In this document: one piece after another, positions 21,384 through 31,868 of the stretch
How the letters are laid out: every line of letters starts with the position of its first letter
Position numbering within the stretch: the first letter of the stretch is position 1
Position numbers and translations under genes: made by a program
Source: Candidatus Bathyarchaeota archaeon
GTDB taxonomy: Archaea > Thermoproteota > Bathyarchaeia > Bathyarchaeales > Bathycorpusculaceae
Reading direction: 5' to 3'
Length of the DNA: 64,000 nucleotides
Assembly (NCBI GenBank): GCA_963811105.1
Contig: CAWEPZ010000011.1
Coordinates: 1,248,001-1,312,000, forward strand
Notes under the pieces: model-generated
Told to the model about the DNA's origin: nothing
Database searches by the model: none
The model's input: only the letters and a program-made list of their open reading frames with translations

Positions 21384-21749
21384 TTGGAAGAAAAAAAAGA
21401 TAACACTCCTATTAAGCGAATGGCTGATTTGCTAGTGAAAGGCGCTACTTTAACCGACTTGTCCTGTCCAGTTTGTGCTTCTCCATTATTCAGGCTGAAA
21501 GATGGCACATTGTGGTGTGAAAAAGATGAAAGAAAAGTGGTAATAGTTAAAGATGGAGAAACAGAACCGCCAAAACCTTCCGCAAACACATCATACGATA
21601 AGTTAGAATCAACCTTGTTAACGAAAATCCAAGGGCTCGAAAGCAAAATCGAAAAAACTGACGACCCCGAAGAGCTACAAAAGCTAAGCTGCACAATTTC
21701 TCAGTTACTAAATACACTTGAAAAAATAAAACAAACAAAGAAAACCTGA
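21384..21749 (+). CDS. UPF0148 / Sjogren autoantigen p27-like zinc-finger protein
   Basis: MADLLVKGATLTDLSCPVCASPLF...WC. Confidence 0.85.
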   Translation: MEEKKDNTPIKRMADLLVKGATLTDLSCPVCASPLFRLKDGTLWCEKDERKVVIVKDGETEPPKPSANTSYDKLESTLLTKIQGLESKIEKTDDPEELQKLSCTISQLLNTLEKIKQTKKT

Positions 21750-21759
21750 GCGAGACTCG

Positions 21760-22269
21760 TTGGTTCAGGGCTTCTATGAAAATTTCCCCTCAAGCATTCA
21801 TTTGCTTGATACCTTTAGTTCGGTTCTCTCAAACAAACTGCTTCAGCAAAAGTTAATTCATATATTTTTTGAGACAAACAGAAATGAATTTAGTTTTGAA
21901 GAAGTCGCTGACCCAACCATACCTGACGCTAAGGTGATTTTTGAGTTCGGATTAGCAGATGGGGTAGGGTTCAATTACATTGATGAGGAAGAAACAAAAA
22001 AAGCATTTAACCTTCTGTCGAAAGAGAATTTGCATACAATAGATTTCTTTTGCTCCATTCGCTACTACAAATACAAAGCAGAAAAAAAGACCCCGCTAAA
22101 ATTTGATTATTATCTTTTCAGAACAGTCTACGCCAAGGATAAATTTGAAATTCAAGTTCATCATGAGAGGGGACCAAGATACATTTCACCCAAAGATTTG
22201 GTGGCATTTATTTTCAATAAGATAAATGAGGATTCAAATAGAAAGATTTTGAAAAAGCCAAACGACTAA
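21760..22269 (+). CDS. Conserved hypothetical protein
   Basis: 169-aa ORF co-oriented with the UPF0148 gene; PLKFDYY and HERGPR motifs. Confidence 0.7.
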   Translation: MVQGFYENFPSSIHLLDTFSSVLSNKLLQQKLIHIFFETNRNEFSFEEVADPTIPDAKVIFEFGLADGVGFNYIDEEETKKAFNLLSKENLHTIDFFCSIRYYKYKAEKKTPLKFDYYLFRTVYAKDKFEIQVHHERGPRYISPKDLVAFIFNKINEDSNRKILKKPND

Positions 22270-22360
22270 TGGCTATGCAACAAAAGTATTTATTTAAACC
22301 TCGCTTGGAGGTGAGCTAAAATGGAACTTTTAGCAGGTTTTCTGACTCAATTGAAGATCT

Positions 22361-22462
22361 CAGAACTTTATTTAACTTTTGTTGACTTTTGCTGACTTCT
22401 ATTGACTTTTATTGACTCAACCTGCAACCACCACAAACCCTAAATCATAAAAGCAACCCAAA
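22361..22462 (+). repeat. Phased 10-bp tandem repeat plus conserved tail, copy 1
   Basis: cagaacttta/tttaactttt/gttgactttt/gctgacttct/attgactttt/attgactcaa, with the tail GACTCAACCTGCAAC-N13-AAATCATAAAAGCAACCCAAA starting in the last unit. Confidence 0.85.
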
Positions 22463-22675
22463 ACACAAAGAAAAAAGTCTACACCAAAAACCCGTTAATA
22501 ATGTCAAGACAAAAAAATTAATTTAATGCCGCAATGAAGGCGAGATTTCTTATCTATTGAAAGGTCAGCCAAATAATGTGCATCCACCTCATTTTAGAGC
22601 CGAAACTTATATTTCTCTCAACCTAATAAAAGCAAAAGTCACAGCAAAAATAACCCCTAAAAAGGAGTAGATACA

Positions 22676-23647
22676 GTGATTCCAATTGAAGTTTCTTCGT
22701 TAAAAAAGTGCTACGGAAGCTTGAAAGCCGTAGACGGCATTTCATTTACAGTTAATCAAGGCGAAGTTTTCGGTCTTCTAGGACCTAATGGCGCAGGCAA
22801 AACCACAAGCATTGAAATCTTGGAAGGATTGCGGGAGAGAGATGGAGGCGACGTGAAGGTTCTTGGTTTTGACCCATGGAAAAATGGATACGAACTTCAC
22901 AAGAAAATCGGCGTTATACCCCAAGAATTCACTTTCTTTGAAAAAACAACTCCTCGGGAAGCCATAATCTACTACGCTGACCTCTTCAGCATTAAAGTAG
23001 ACCCTGACGAGATCTTAAGAGATGTCCTGCTTGAAGAATCAGCTAAAATCAATTTTGACAGTCTCTCTGGTGGCCAGAAACAAAAAACTGGGCTTGCACT
23101 CTCACTTGTTAATTCCCCAGAGTTACTTTTCCTTGACGAGCCTACAACGGGATTAGACCCCAATGCACGAAGAGCAATCTGGGAAGTCATACGAGGATTA
23201 AAAGCGAAAGGCAAAACAATCATTTTAACAACACATTACCTAGATGAAGCTCAACAATTAGCTGACCGAGTAGCAATCATGGATCATGGTCACATAGTTG
23301 CCATGGGAACATCTGAGGAAATTATCAAAGAACACGGATCAGGCGAAAGATTGGAAATTCACGGAAGCCAAAAGCTAGCAGACTACATCAAAGCAAATAC
23401 AGATTTGCAGGTTGATTACGACGTAGCCCGAGGAGAAATATTAATGCCACTAAGAAAAAAAATTGATGCTTTAGCTGCGTTAGCGGCTGCGGAACAGTCA
23501 GGAATGGACTGGGGAGAAATTCAAACACGCCAAGATAGTTTAGATGACGTTTTTGTTAAGCTTGTCAGCGGACAAGTTAACGAAAAAGGAGAAATCGCAG
23601 GCCAACAAAACGAGGCAACCATTACAAAAAATAAGCAGAGGGCCTAA
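22676..23647 (+). CDS. ABC transporter ATP-binding protein (ABC-2 exporter type)
   Basis: GPNGAGKTT, LSGGQKQ, LFLDEPT and TTHY. Confidence 0.95.
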   Translation: MIPIEVSSLKKCYGSLKAVDGISFTVNQGEVFGLLGPNGAGKTTSIEILEGLRERDGGDVKVLGFDPWKNGYELHKKIGVIPQEFTFFEKTTPREAIIYYADLFSIKVDPDEILRDVLLEESAKINFDSLSGGQKQKTGLALSLVNSPELLFLDEPTTGLDPNARRAIWEVIRGLKAKGKTIILTTHYLDEAQQLADRVAIMDHGHIVAMGTSEEIIKEHGSGERLEIHGSQKLADYIKANTDLQVDYDVARGEILMPLRKKIDALAALAAAEQSGMDWGEIQTRQDSLDDVFVKLVSGQVNEKGEIAGQQNEATITKNKQRA

Positions 23648-23649
23648 AA

Positions 23650-24759
23650 ATGGTAAGTGGAAAAAGAATTGCTACAGATTTCAAAGTTTTCAGCCGTGGC
23701 TACCTAAGAAATAAATTTGGATTATTCTTCGGATTAATTTTCCCAGTGATTTTGATCTTGATTTTCGGAGCTATCTTTTCCGGAGGTAGCAATGGAACCA
23801 TAAATGTCTACACACAAAACAACGATAATGGACCTATTTCCTCAAACTTTTTGACGGCACTCAACCAATCAAGTACAATCAGAGTTATAACTGTAAATAC
23901 CACTGACTTTTCAAAATATCTAGCTGATCACTCAGCCTCTGATGGCATTATTATTCCCCAAAACTTCTCTGCTGAATACTTAGCGGGTCATCCAGTGAAC
24001 TTGACAGTTTATGGTAATCCAACCTCAAGTTCAAGCGGCATAGTAAGTGGAACGGTGGGCGGATATGCAAACTACTTCAATCTAAACTACTTCCAACAAA
24101 AATACAAAGATACAACGCCACCAATCATAGGAATAGCATCAGCAACCGTTAATACTCAACAAACAAAATACATCGACTTCCTAATCCCAGGCTTAATCGG
24201 CTTTTCAATACTCACCAGCCCAATGTTCTCATTGGTGAACATTTCTTCAGAATACAAAAAGACAAAACTGTTCAAGCAGCTATCACTCACCCCGCTAACA
24301 AAGATGGAGTGGCTAACCTCAAAGGTGCTGTGGTACATCGTTTTAACAATCGCTGGCTTCCTTCTAATGGTTGGTGTCGGAGTCTTTGCTTTCGGTGCAC
24401 ACGTCACGTTAACCGTGGGATTAATACCCTTTCTCGTCTTGGGTCCAATGCTTTTCGCAGCGCTCGGTATGCTTGTTGGTACAGTAACAAAGAATCCTGA
24501 AACCGCAGGCGTAATAGGCAACATAGTTACGTTCCCAATGATGTTCCTTGCTGGCACATTCTTCCCCATTAGCATCATGCCAACCTACCTGCAAAGCATC
24601 GCACATATATTGCCGTTATTCTACATTGTTGAAGGATTAAACAACGTCATGGTCTACGGAAATACCACGGGAGCATTAATTGACCTTGCAGTCGTAGCGG
24701 TCCTAACAGCCATAATCTTCGGGTTAGCAGTTAAACTATTCAAATGGAGAGAAGACTAA
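23650..24759 (+). CDS. ABC-2 type transporter permease
   Basis: TM1, an extracellular loop, YIDFLIPG, FLAGTFFP and five further TMs. Confidence 0.92.
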   Translation: MVSGKRIATDFKVFSRGYLRNKFGLFFGLIFPVILILIFGAIFSGGSNGTINVYTQNNDNGPISSNFLTALNQSSTIRVITVNTTDFSKYLADHSASDGIIIPQNFSAEYLAGHPVNLTVYGNPTSSSSGIVSGTVGGYANYFNLNYFQQKYKDTTPPIIGIASATVNTQQTKYIDFLIPGLIGFSILTSPMFSLVNISSEYKKTKLFKQLSLTPLTKMEWLTSKVLWYIVLTIAGFLLMVGVGVFAFGAHVTLTVGLIPFLVLGPMLFAALGMLVGTVTKNPETAGVIGNIVTFPMMFLAGTFFPISIMPTYLQSIAHILPLFYIVEGLNNVMVYGNTTGALIDLAVVAVLTAIIFGLAVKLFKWRED

Positions 24760-24783
24760 ACTCCATTTCCCCTTTAGTTTCTC

Positions 24784-25389
24784 TTATTGAAAACTAATAG
24801 ATTTTAACAAACTTAACACTTTTGAATACAAAGCTTCAGCGACTTCATTCTTGGGTTTATCGCCATCAATAAGAACAAGCTCGCCTTTCTCAACGTACTT
24901 CATATACACTTCTCTCACTTTCTGCTGAGTTTCCAAAGTTTCCATCACAGACTTCTGTCGCCGCAAACGCCCCAGCACCCGCTCTGGCGATACATCGATA
25001 AATATAGCGAAATCTGGCTCAAAGGCACGAGCATTGATAGTTTTAATCCAATCCACGCTAAGACCAGCGCTACCCTGATAAGCTAAAGACGAGTAAACGT
25101 AGCGATCACATATAACCAACTTTCCTTCATCCAAAGCAGGCAATATTTCATTTTTCATATGCTCAATACGATCAGCAGCGAAAAGCAAAGCTTCAGCTTC
25201 AGTTGGAAGACGTTTTTCTTCATATAGACAGCCTTCACGGATGAAAGTACCTATTTTGCCGTGGCTTGGTTCAGCAGTACACAACACAGAATAAGTTCTA
25301 GAAAGCTTGTTGGCAAGCAAATTTGCTTGTGTGGTTTTTCCGCTTCCATCCAAACCTTCGATAACGATGAAAATGCCTTTCTTACTCAT
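24784..25389 (-). CDS. tmk: Thymidylate kinase
   Basis: FIVIEGLDGSGKTT, LLFAADR and CDRYVYSSLAYQ. Start at MSKKG. Confidence 0.95.
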   Translation of the reverse strand: MSKKGIFIVIEGLDGSGKTTQANLLANKLSRTYSVLCTAEPSHGKIGTFIREGCLYEEKRLPTEAEALLFAADRIEHMKNEILPALDEGKLVICDRYVYSSLAYQGSAGLSVDWIKTINARAFEPDFAIFIDVSPERVLGRLRRQKSVMETLETQQKVREVYMKYVEKGELVLIDGDKPKNEVAEALYSKVLSLLKSISFQ

Positions 25390-25464
25390 TTTTTGACCTG
25401 GCTGGTTAGCGTTAGACATTATAGGGAGATACATAAATATAACTTGCAACTGCGAGGCTCGTTT

Positions 25465-26748
25465 GTGCCTAAAGCTTACTGGGGAGAAGTAAAAGATCCT
25501 GTACACGGGTACGTGTACATTACGGAAGCAGAAAAAAACCTTGTTGATTCATATCCAATGCAAAGGCTTAGGCGTCTGCGACAGCTGGCAGGTTCAGAAT
25601 ACGTTTACCCGGGCGCAAATCATACACGCTTTGAGCATTGCCTTGGCGTCATGTTTTTGGCAGGCCAAGTTTTGGATAACCCACGCATTTCACGGGTTGT
25701 AAGTGATGGAGAAGTTGATGTGTGTAGGATTTCAGCGCTGCTTCATGACGTGGGACACGGACCGTTCTCTCATGTTTTTGAGCACTTGTTGATAAAAGAA
25801 TTAGAGAAGACACATGAGGACATCACTTCATGGATTATTGAGAAGAGTGAAATTGCTGATAAATTATCAAAGATGGGGTACAATCCTCAGGAAGTATCAA
25901 AACTTGCGGTTGGCAAACTGCATAAACCGGGCAAAGCATTTCTTGACCAAATAATAAGTAGCGCCGTAGATGTTGACAAGCAGGACTTCATAGTTAGAGA
26001 CACCTATCATACTGGCGCTGAGTATGGTTTCATTGATGTTTACCGCTTGATTCATGCGCTTGACACTTTGGGGGAAAATTTAGCTGTTGAACTTGGTGCA
26101 TTATCCGCTTTGGAAGCCTTTATGATTGCTAGAATTGAATCGTTTAAGAGCATTTATTTTCATCGTGTCGGCAGAGCGGCGCAGATTATGTTGGCAACCG
26201 CCATGGAAAAAGCAAACAACGAGTTAGGGTTGACCTCGTTTAAGTCGCCTGAAGAATATTTAGCGTGGGATGACTATACAGTCTGGTCAGAACTTAAAAA
26301 ATGCGAGACATCAAAAGGAATTATTAGTGACCTGGAGCGTCGCAAAATGCTGAAGTGTGCTTATGAGCGAACCTTCTATGAGAAAGATACCATGATATCA
26401 AATATTTTCGGTCGAGAATCATACAGACAACAAATGCAGAGCGAAATAGCTAAGGAAGCAGGCGTAAAAATTGAATCGGTCATAATTGACGTGCCCACGG
26501 TGCCCTCCGTGCCTTATCATCACGCCGTACTCATGGAGTCAATGGAGATTCCAGTATTCACAAGAAGAAGCCAATCGGGGGAGAAAATGCAGCAGCGGCT
26601 GAGTGAAATTTCAAAAATTTTTGAAACATTAAAAGGTTTCATGAACATACTGCGCGTCTACACTGACGTGGCTGACCGGGAAAAAGTAGAGAAGGCAACT
26701 GCAAAAATCTTGGGCAAAGTACCTTCTGCAGCAAAAATTTCTTTTTAA
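25465..26748 (+). CDS. HD-domain phosphohydrolase (dNTPase/SAMHD1-like)
   Basis: DPVHG, QRLRRLRQL, HTRFEH, LLHDVGHGPFSH, DVDKQD and YFHR. Start at GTG 25465. Confidence 0.92.
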   Translation: MPKAYWGEVKDPVHGYVYITEAEKNLVDSYPMQRLRRLRQLAGSEYVYPGANHTRFEHCLGVMFLAGQVLDNPRISRVVSDGEVDVCRISALLHDVGHGPFSHVFEHLLIKELEKTHEDITSWIIEKSEIADKLSKMGYNPQEVSKLAVGKLHKPGKAFLDQIISSAVDVDKQDFIVRDTYHTGAEYGFIDVYRLIHALDTLGENLAVELGALSALEAFMIARIESFKSIYFHRVGRAAQIMLATAMEKANNELGLTSFKSPEEYLAWDDYTVWSELKKCETSKGIISDLERRKMLKCAYERTFYEKDTMISNIFGRESYRQQMQSEIAKEAGVKIESVIIDVPTVPSVPYHHAVLMESMEIPVFTRRSQSGEKMQQRLSEISKIFETLKGFMNILRVYTDVADREKVEKATAKILGKVPSAAKISF

Positions 26749-26821
26749 ACTTTTTTCTTAAATACTAGTGACACTCTAAGAAGAAAAGAGGAAATATTTC
26801 ACAGCAGTTGAAGGGACGCGT

Positions 26822-27337
26822 ATGGAGAATAACGCTCAAGACAAGAAAGTTATAAGCGTGAGAATAAGAAGGAAACCAGAACCAAAAGTGGAGCCAAACA
26901 TACTTTTTGCTCCACAGGACATTCACAAATTCGTAACTGAATTTGTTGCTTCCTGGATAAGAGGAGACATCACCATCCATTTCCCAACGGCGGCTGAATT
27001 AGCAAAACAAACCCCGCTGAGCATTGCTTTTCCAACCGACCCATCAGTAAATGCTGAACTGAAAATTAAGGAACACTACGTTGACTTATTATCGGTTATT
27101 GCAGGAATAAAACCCTCATCTGCTAGCGAGCAAGAAAAAGCAATTTCAGAAGTCTTCAAAATGCTGCTCATGTTCCGGTCCGCAAACAGAATTCAAGGCA
27201 AAATCATTTCAAATGACTTAGAAAAAAGAATCGAAGAACTTGAAAAAACCTCGAAAGACCAGGGTAAACTTGTTGAGCAGATAACTGGATTTTTATTCAA
27301 ACCGAAAAACACAATTAAGAAAACCCAAACTAGCTAA
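26822..27337 (+). CDS. Hypothetical protein with C-terminal coiled coil
   Basis: 171-aa ORF with no recognisable motif. Confidence 0.65.
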   Translation: MENNAQDKKVISVRIRRKPEPKVEPNILFAPQDIHKFVTEFVASWIRGDITIHFPTAAELAKQTPLSIAFPTDPSVNAELKIKEHYVDLLSVIAGIKPSSASEQEKAISEVFKMLLMFRSANRIQGKIISNDLEKRIEELEKTSKDQGKLVEQITGFLFKPKNTIKKTQTS

Positions 27338-27407
27338 AAGTCAGATTGCTGAAGGGTAAGGTTTATTCGAAGGTAAAAGCATTCTGCTTGATGCTTCTAA
27401 ACAAAGC

Positions 27408-27485
27408 GCTCCGGTAGTATAGTCCGGTCAAGTATACTGGCCTTTCGAGTCGGCGACCCGGGTCCAAATCCCGGCCGGAGCACCA
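27408..27485 (+). tRNA. tRNA-Glu(TTC)
   Basis: Acceptor GCTCCGG/CCGGAGC, anticodon loop CT-TTC-GA, T arm CCGGG-TCCAAAT-CCCGG, encoded CCA. Confidence 0.92.
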
Positions 27486-27662
27486 ATTATTCATGCCTTC
27501 TAATTTGGATTTTTCTGAGTTTCCTTAAATCTGATCTGTGTTTCGGGGTTTTTGCAGTAAGATCAGCCCATAAAGCAAGAAAGTAGGTCTTAACGTAAGT
27601 TCTCCAGTAAGCAAGCCAAGCTGTCGCTTGTGTTGAATTAAAAAAAGGATTTTGGAGTTTGC

Positions 27663-28306
27663 TTATGCCTGCAATGGTTTTCCACAGGTTGAGCAATAGG
27701 TGACATTTGCCTGTACTGGCGCGTTGCACTTTGGGCAGTATCTAGTTGCTTGCGTCGTTTGGTATGGCGGCTGTGCTGGAGTGGCATAAGTGTATGGTTG
27801 TGAGGAGCTCTTTATTGAGAAAAAGCCAATAATTGCAAAAATCCATGCGATAAATATCAGCTAGAAACCACCTAGAATTATCGTTAGTATTGCTCCAATC
27901 CACAGTAAATTCCCAGCAGTCTCAAAGGAGTGTTAACCTATTTTTAGCAGGCAAAGAGAACGCTCGTCTAAAGTACATTGCCGATAAGACGTAAAACACA
28001 AAGACAACCGCTAGTGCCGCGAACAACGCAAATAAGCCAAATCCTACTCCCGCTAATCCCGATGTAAAAACGCTGAATACTCCGCCTATTACTAATAAGG
28101 GAATACCAGCTGCGAGTGCAACCAACACAATGATACCAAAAATGAGACACCATAACGCGTTCTGGTATATGCCTTGTACTTTGTAGTCATTAGAAAACCC
28201 TTTCATTCAATGAAAACCAATATTATGCTTACGATGCTTGCTATTGGAAATATAAGCAGTATTGAGCCTATGCAAGCCAAGTTTTTATTTGATTCCAGCT
28301 GCTCAT
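27663..28306 (-). pseudogene. DUF996-family membrane protein with C-terminal zinc ribbon, disrupted
   Basis: Pieces in different frames: LESNKNLACIGSILL / MKGFSNDYK...YFRRAF / FETAGNLLWIGAILTII...(TAG)...RYCPKCNAPV..YCSTCGKPL. At least 3 frameshifts and one stop. Confidence 0.8.
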
Positions 28307-28455
28307 TTTATTTTTACCTTATTAGACCCGCTTTTATATTATTGACAATAAAAGCTTTGTCAATCATATTAGCGATTGCCAGTTAAGGAGAACTTTTCAT
28401 ACAAACAGAACAATAAAATAAACCCATTCAAATAAATAATAAAGGAGAACCGCAC

Positions 28456-29988
28456 TTGACCGCGAGTCTAAATTCAGCTTACAAAGAACTTTTATCGAAA
28501 ACCAAAGATACAACGGTTCTTGGTACAGCCCAAGGCATAATACACTGGGATATGGAGACCATGATGCCGCCAGGAGCCATAGAACAGAGAAGCGAGCAAC
28601 TTGCATTAATGAGCCGAATTCAACACCAACTAGCCACTGACCCAAAAATAGGAAACTTGCTAAACACATTAAAATCAAGCTCAGAATTCCAACAACTAAG
28701 CCAAGAAGAAAAACGCAACGTATACCTAATCAACAAAAGCTACATAGAACAAACAAGTTTGCCAGAGAAACTTGTAGCTGACATTGCCAAGCAAGAAGCT
28801 ATAACGGTAAACGTTTGGAAAAAAGCTAAAGCCCAAAAGAACTACAACCTCTTCAAAACTGACTTTCAAAAACTTTTAGATCTGAGCAAGCAAGCCGCAG
28901 AAATCCTAATGAAAGTCAAGGAAACCAAGACTCCATATGAGGCGTTGATGGACAGTTTTGAGCCTAAAATGACCGCTGAGGAGATTACGAAGACTTTTAA
29001 GCAACTTCAACGTGGCATAAAACAACTAATAATTAAAATTCAATCAAGCCTGGACAAACCAGATACAACCATACTTTTTCAGTCGGTTCCAATAGAGAAC
29101 CAACGTCAAATCGCACAACTCTTAACCCGAACCCTAGGTTATGATACAGCTTCGCCTGAGGCGCATGGTCGAATTGATGAGACAGAACATCCCTTTTCTA
29201 CAGGCTACTATGACGATGTTCGAATAACTACGCATTATCACCTAAATAATTATGCAAGTTCAATTTTCTCTGTGCTTCATGAAAGCGGACATGCACTCTA
29301 CGAGCTGAACTTGAATCCAAAATGGAAATATCAACCTATTGGGTCGACGTGTTCCTATGGCATACATGAATCTCAATCGCGTTTCTATGAAAACGTAATT
29401 GGACGCTCCAAAGAATTCTGGACAAGCTTTCTTCCTCAAATCAAAAAAGTAGCCCCACCCTTTGCAAAAATTCAATTAGACAAGTTTATTCAAGCAATTA
29501 ACAAAGTTGAGCTGTCAAAAATACGAATCGAAGCTGACGAAGTGACATACAACCTACACATCATAATACGATTTGAAATTGAAAAAGATCTCTTCTCTGA
29601 AAAAATCTCAGTCAACGAGCTACCACAAGTCTGGAACCAGAAATACTCCGATTATCTGGGCGTAAAAGTTCAAGATGATTCTGAGGGAGTAATGCAGGAC
29701 ACCCATTGGGCAAGCGGATTATACGGTTATTTCCCAAGCTACGCGCTAGGCAACATTTACAGTGGACAAATAACTGCGGCGATTAACAAACAGTTGCCTG
29801 AGTGGCGCAAGCATGTGGCATTAGGAAAATTAGACCAGGTTAATGGCTGGCTAAAAACAAACATTCATCGTCGAGGGAACCTCTATGACCCAGAAGAACT
29901 TATAGAAAAAGCAACTGGAAAAGGCTTGGATTCTGAACCATACTTAAAATACCTAAACGAAAAATACGGTGACCTTTACAGTTTTTGA
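28456..29988 (+). CDS. Carboxypeptidase M32
   Basis: HWDMETMMP, HPF, DVRITT, HESGH, HESQS, IRIEAD, QDTHW and GYFPSY. Confidence 0.96.
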   Translation: MTASLNSAYKELLSKTKDTTVLGTAQGIIHWDMETMMPPGAIEQRSEQLALMSRIQHQLATDPKIGNLLNTLKSSSEFQQLSQEEKRNVYLINKSYIEQTSLPEKLVADIAKQEAITVNVWKKAKAQKNYNLFKTDFQKLLDLSKQAAEILMKVKETKTPYEALMDSFEPKMTAEEITKTFKQLQRGIKQLIIKIQSSLDKPDTTILFQSVPIENQRQIAQLLTRTLGYDTASPEAHGRIDETEHPFSTGYYDDVRITTHYHLNNYASSIFSVLHESGHALYELNLNPKWKYQPIGSTCSYGIHESQSRFYENVIGRSKEFWTSFLPQIKKVAPPFAKIQLDKFIQAINKVELSKIRIEADEVTYNLHIIIRFEIEKDLFSEKISVNELPQVWNQKYSDYLGVKVQDDSEGVMQDTHWASGLYGYFPSYALGNIYSGQITAAINKQLPEWRKHVALGKLDQVNGWLKTNIHRRGNLYDPEELIEKATGKGLDSEPYLKYLNEKYGDLYSF

Positions 29989-30167
29989 GGAATCGGTTTC
30001 TTAGTTAGTTCCTTGTATATGAATATGACGAAATAGGCAACGATTGAGCCGAACCACAGGTAAATGCCCGTGTAACCTACAATTGCGTTATAGTTGTTGG
30101 CGCCATATAGGAACAACAAAAAGCCTACAATGAATACGCCTAAACAAGCCCAGTCAGTCCAAGACAT
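29976..30167 (-). CDS. Small two-TM membrane protein
   Basis: MSWTDWACLGVFIVGFLLFLYG..., two hydrophobic helices. Confidence 0.65.
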   Translation of the reverse strand: MSWTDWACLGVFIVGFLLFLYGANNYNAIVGYTGIYLWFGSIVAYFVIFIYKELTKKPIPQKL

Positions 30168-30384
30168 CGTCGCTGCCTCGTAATGAGGCATTCAATGAAA
30201 CGTTAAGATATATAGATTTACCGATATGACCCCATTAAGATAGTGCGACAACCACCGAAAAGAAATAAAAAACCAAACAAATATTTAGTAATAAAATTAC
30301 TTTACTATCTTTGATAGATTTTTTTCATCTCTTCCGACATTCTTATATACGTGATAACGTAAAGAGAGCGCTGAGGCAATAATA

Positions 30385-31824
30385 ATGTCGGGAGCAGAAG
30401 CTAAAAAGCCAGAAACAAAAGAAGAATTTGTAAAAATGCTAATTGAAGCAGCAAAAAAAGAAGTAAACTCAAAAAATAAACCGTCAAAACCGACAGTTGT
30501 TGGAACAGCAAAAGAAATGGGCATTCACAGAGACACACTTTATTCTTGGCTTAAAGAGTTCAATGTCGATTTCAAAGAAATCGTTGATCGCATGCCGACA
30601 ATCGCTGACGATGTAGAAGAAGATTCAGGACCCACCTACCTAATCGGCGAATCATTATTAGGGGAAGGAAACGAAGTTGCGCACATTGATCTGATGATAG
30701 GCGACAAAAATGGACCGATCGGACAAGCATTCGCTAATGGTATGTCACAATTATCAGCCGGTCATACACCAGTTCTTGCAGTAATTAGACCTAATCTGCC
30801 GCCAAAACCACATACGCTAATAGTGCCAAAAGTCACCGTCAAAAACATGGAGGACACAGGCAAAATTTTCGGGCCAGCTCAAGCAGCAGTCGCAAAAGCA
30901 ATTGCTGACTCAGCCGAAGAAGGAGTTATCCCAGCAAACAAGCTTGACAGATGGGTTATTATTTGCAGTGTCTTCATTCATCCAAAAGCTACTGATTTTC
31001 GCAAGATATATCAATACAACTATGGTGCAACAAAAATGGCTCTACAACGAGCGCTAAAGAACTACCCTTCCCTAGAAAAGATCATATACGAAAAAGACCG
31101 CTCAAAGCATCCAATTATGGGATTCAAAGTTCCACGTCTATGGAGACCGCCATATCTACAAATCTCGCTTGATGCACCCTCACTTGAGAACGCCAAGAAA
31201 ATCCTATCTCAACTACCAGGCAGCGACAGAATCATCATTGAAGTTGGCACACCCTTAATCAAACGCTACGGAACACGAGTTATCAACGACCTAAGAACAG
31301 CCGCTAGAGACTTCTTTATGGTAGCAGACCTGAAAACTCTTGATGTTGGAAAAGTTGAAGCAGACATAGCTTACGAAGACACCGCTGACGCAGTAGTTGC
31401 AGCAGGATTAGCACCGCCAGAAACACTTGACGCATTTGTACATGAAGCTAAACGGCTCGGAATATATGCAGTTATAGACATGCTAAACGTTGAAGATGTA
31501 CTTGGGAAACTTAAATCGCTAAAAGACTTCCCGGATGTCGTCATATTGCATAGGGGTATTGACCAAGAAAGCGGACGAACCTGCGGTCTTGAACGTATAA
31601 AGATTATACGTCAAGCATTCATCGGCAAAAAGTTCCTAATTGCAGTCGCAGGCGGGATAGTGCCAGAAACAGCTAAAGAAGCATTAGAACAAGGCGCAGA
31701 CATACTCATAGTCGGCAGATACGTAACCCAGTCAAAAGACATAGAACGTGCGATACGAGACTTCCTTGAACTTACACCAAGCATGCGCGAAGACATCGAC
31801 CTCTTCAGAGTCCACACAGAATAA
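30385..31824 (+). CDS. fae-hps: Bifunctional formaldehyde-activating enzyme / 3-hexulose-6-phosphate synthase with an extra N-terminal HTH-like domain
   Basis: Fae: [39 protein letters not shown]. Hps: [35 protein letters not shown]. Confidence 0.93.
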   Translation: MSGAEAKKPETKEEFVKMLIEAAKKEVNSKNKPSKPTVVGTAKEMGIHRDTLYSWLKEFNVDFKEIVDRMPTIADDVEEDSGPTYLIGESLLGEGNEVAHIDLMIGDKNGPIGQAFANGMSQLSAGHTPVLAVIRPNLPPKPHTLIVPKVTVKNMEDTGKIFGPAQAAVAKAIADSAEEGVIPANKLDRWVIICSVFIHPKATDFRKIYQYNYGATKMALQRALKNYPSLEKIIYEKDRSKHPIMGFKVPRLWRPPYLQISLDAPSLENAKKILSQLPGSDRIIIEVGTPLIKRYGTRVINDLRTAARDFFMVADLKTLDVGKVEADIAYEDTADAVVAAGLAPPETLDAFVHEAKRLGIYAVIDMLNVEDVLGKLKSLKDFPDVVILHRGIDQESGRTCGLERIKIIRQAFIGKKFLIAVAGGIVPETAKEALEQGADILIVGRYVTQSKDIERAIRDFLELTPSMREDIDLFRVHTE

Positions 31825-31868
31825 ACCAAGTCAAACCAAAAGTTCGACTTAATCTTTTTTCTTTTTTA

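Noticed and set aside
21305-21694. Long N-terminal extension of the UPF0147 ORF
   Set aside because: It is the antisense shadow of the UPF0148 gene; the real start is 21304.
22361-22420. CRISPR array
   Set aside because: Units are contiguous 10-mers with no spacers, and there are no cas genes; the same applies to 38581-38650.
25261-25506. Overlapping N-terminal extensions of tmk and the HD protein
   Set aside because: Homology-type motifs start at 25389 (-) and 25465 (+), leaving a normal divergent promoter.
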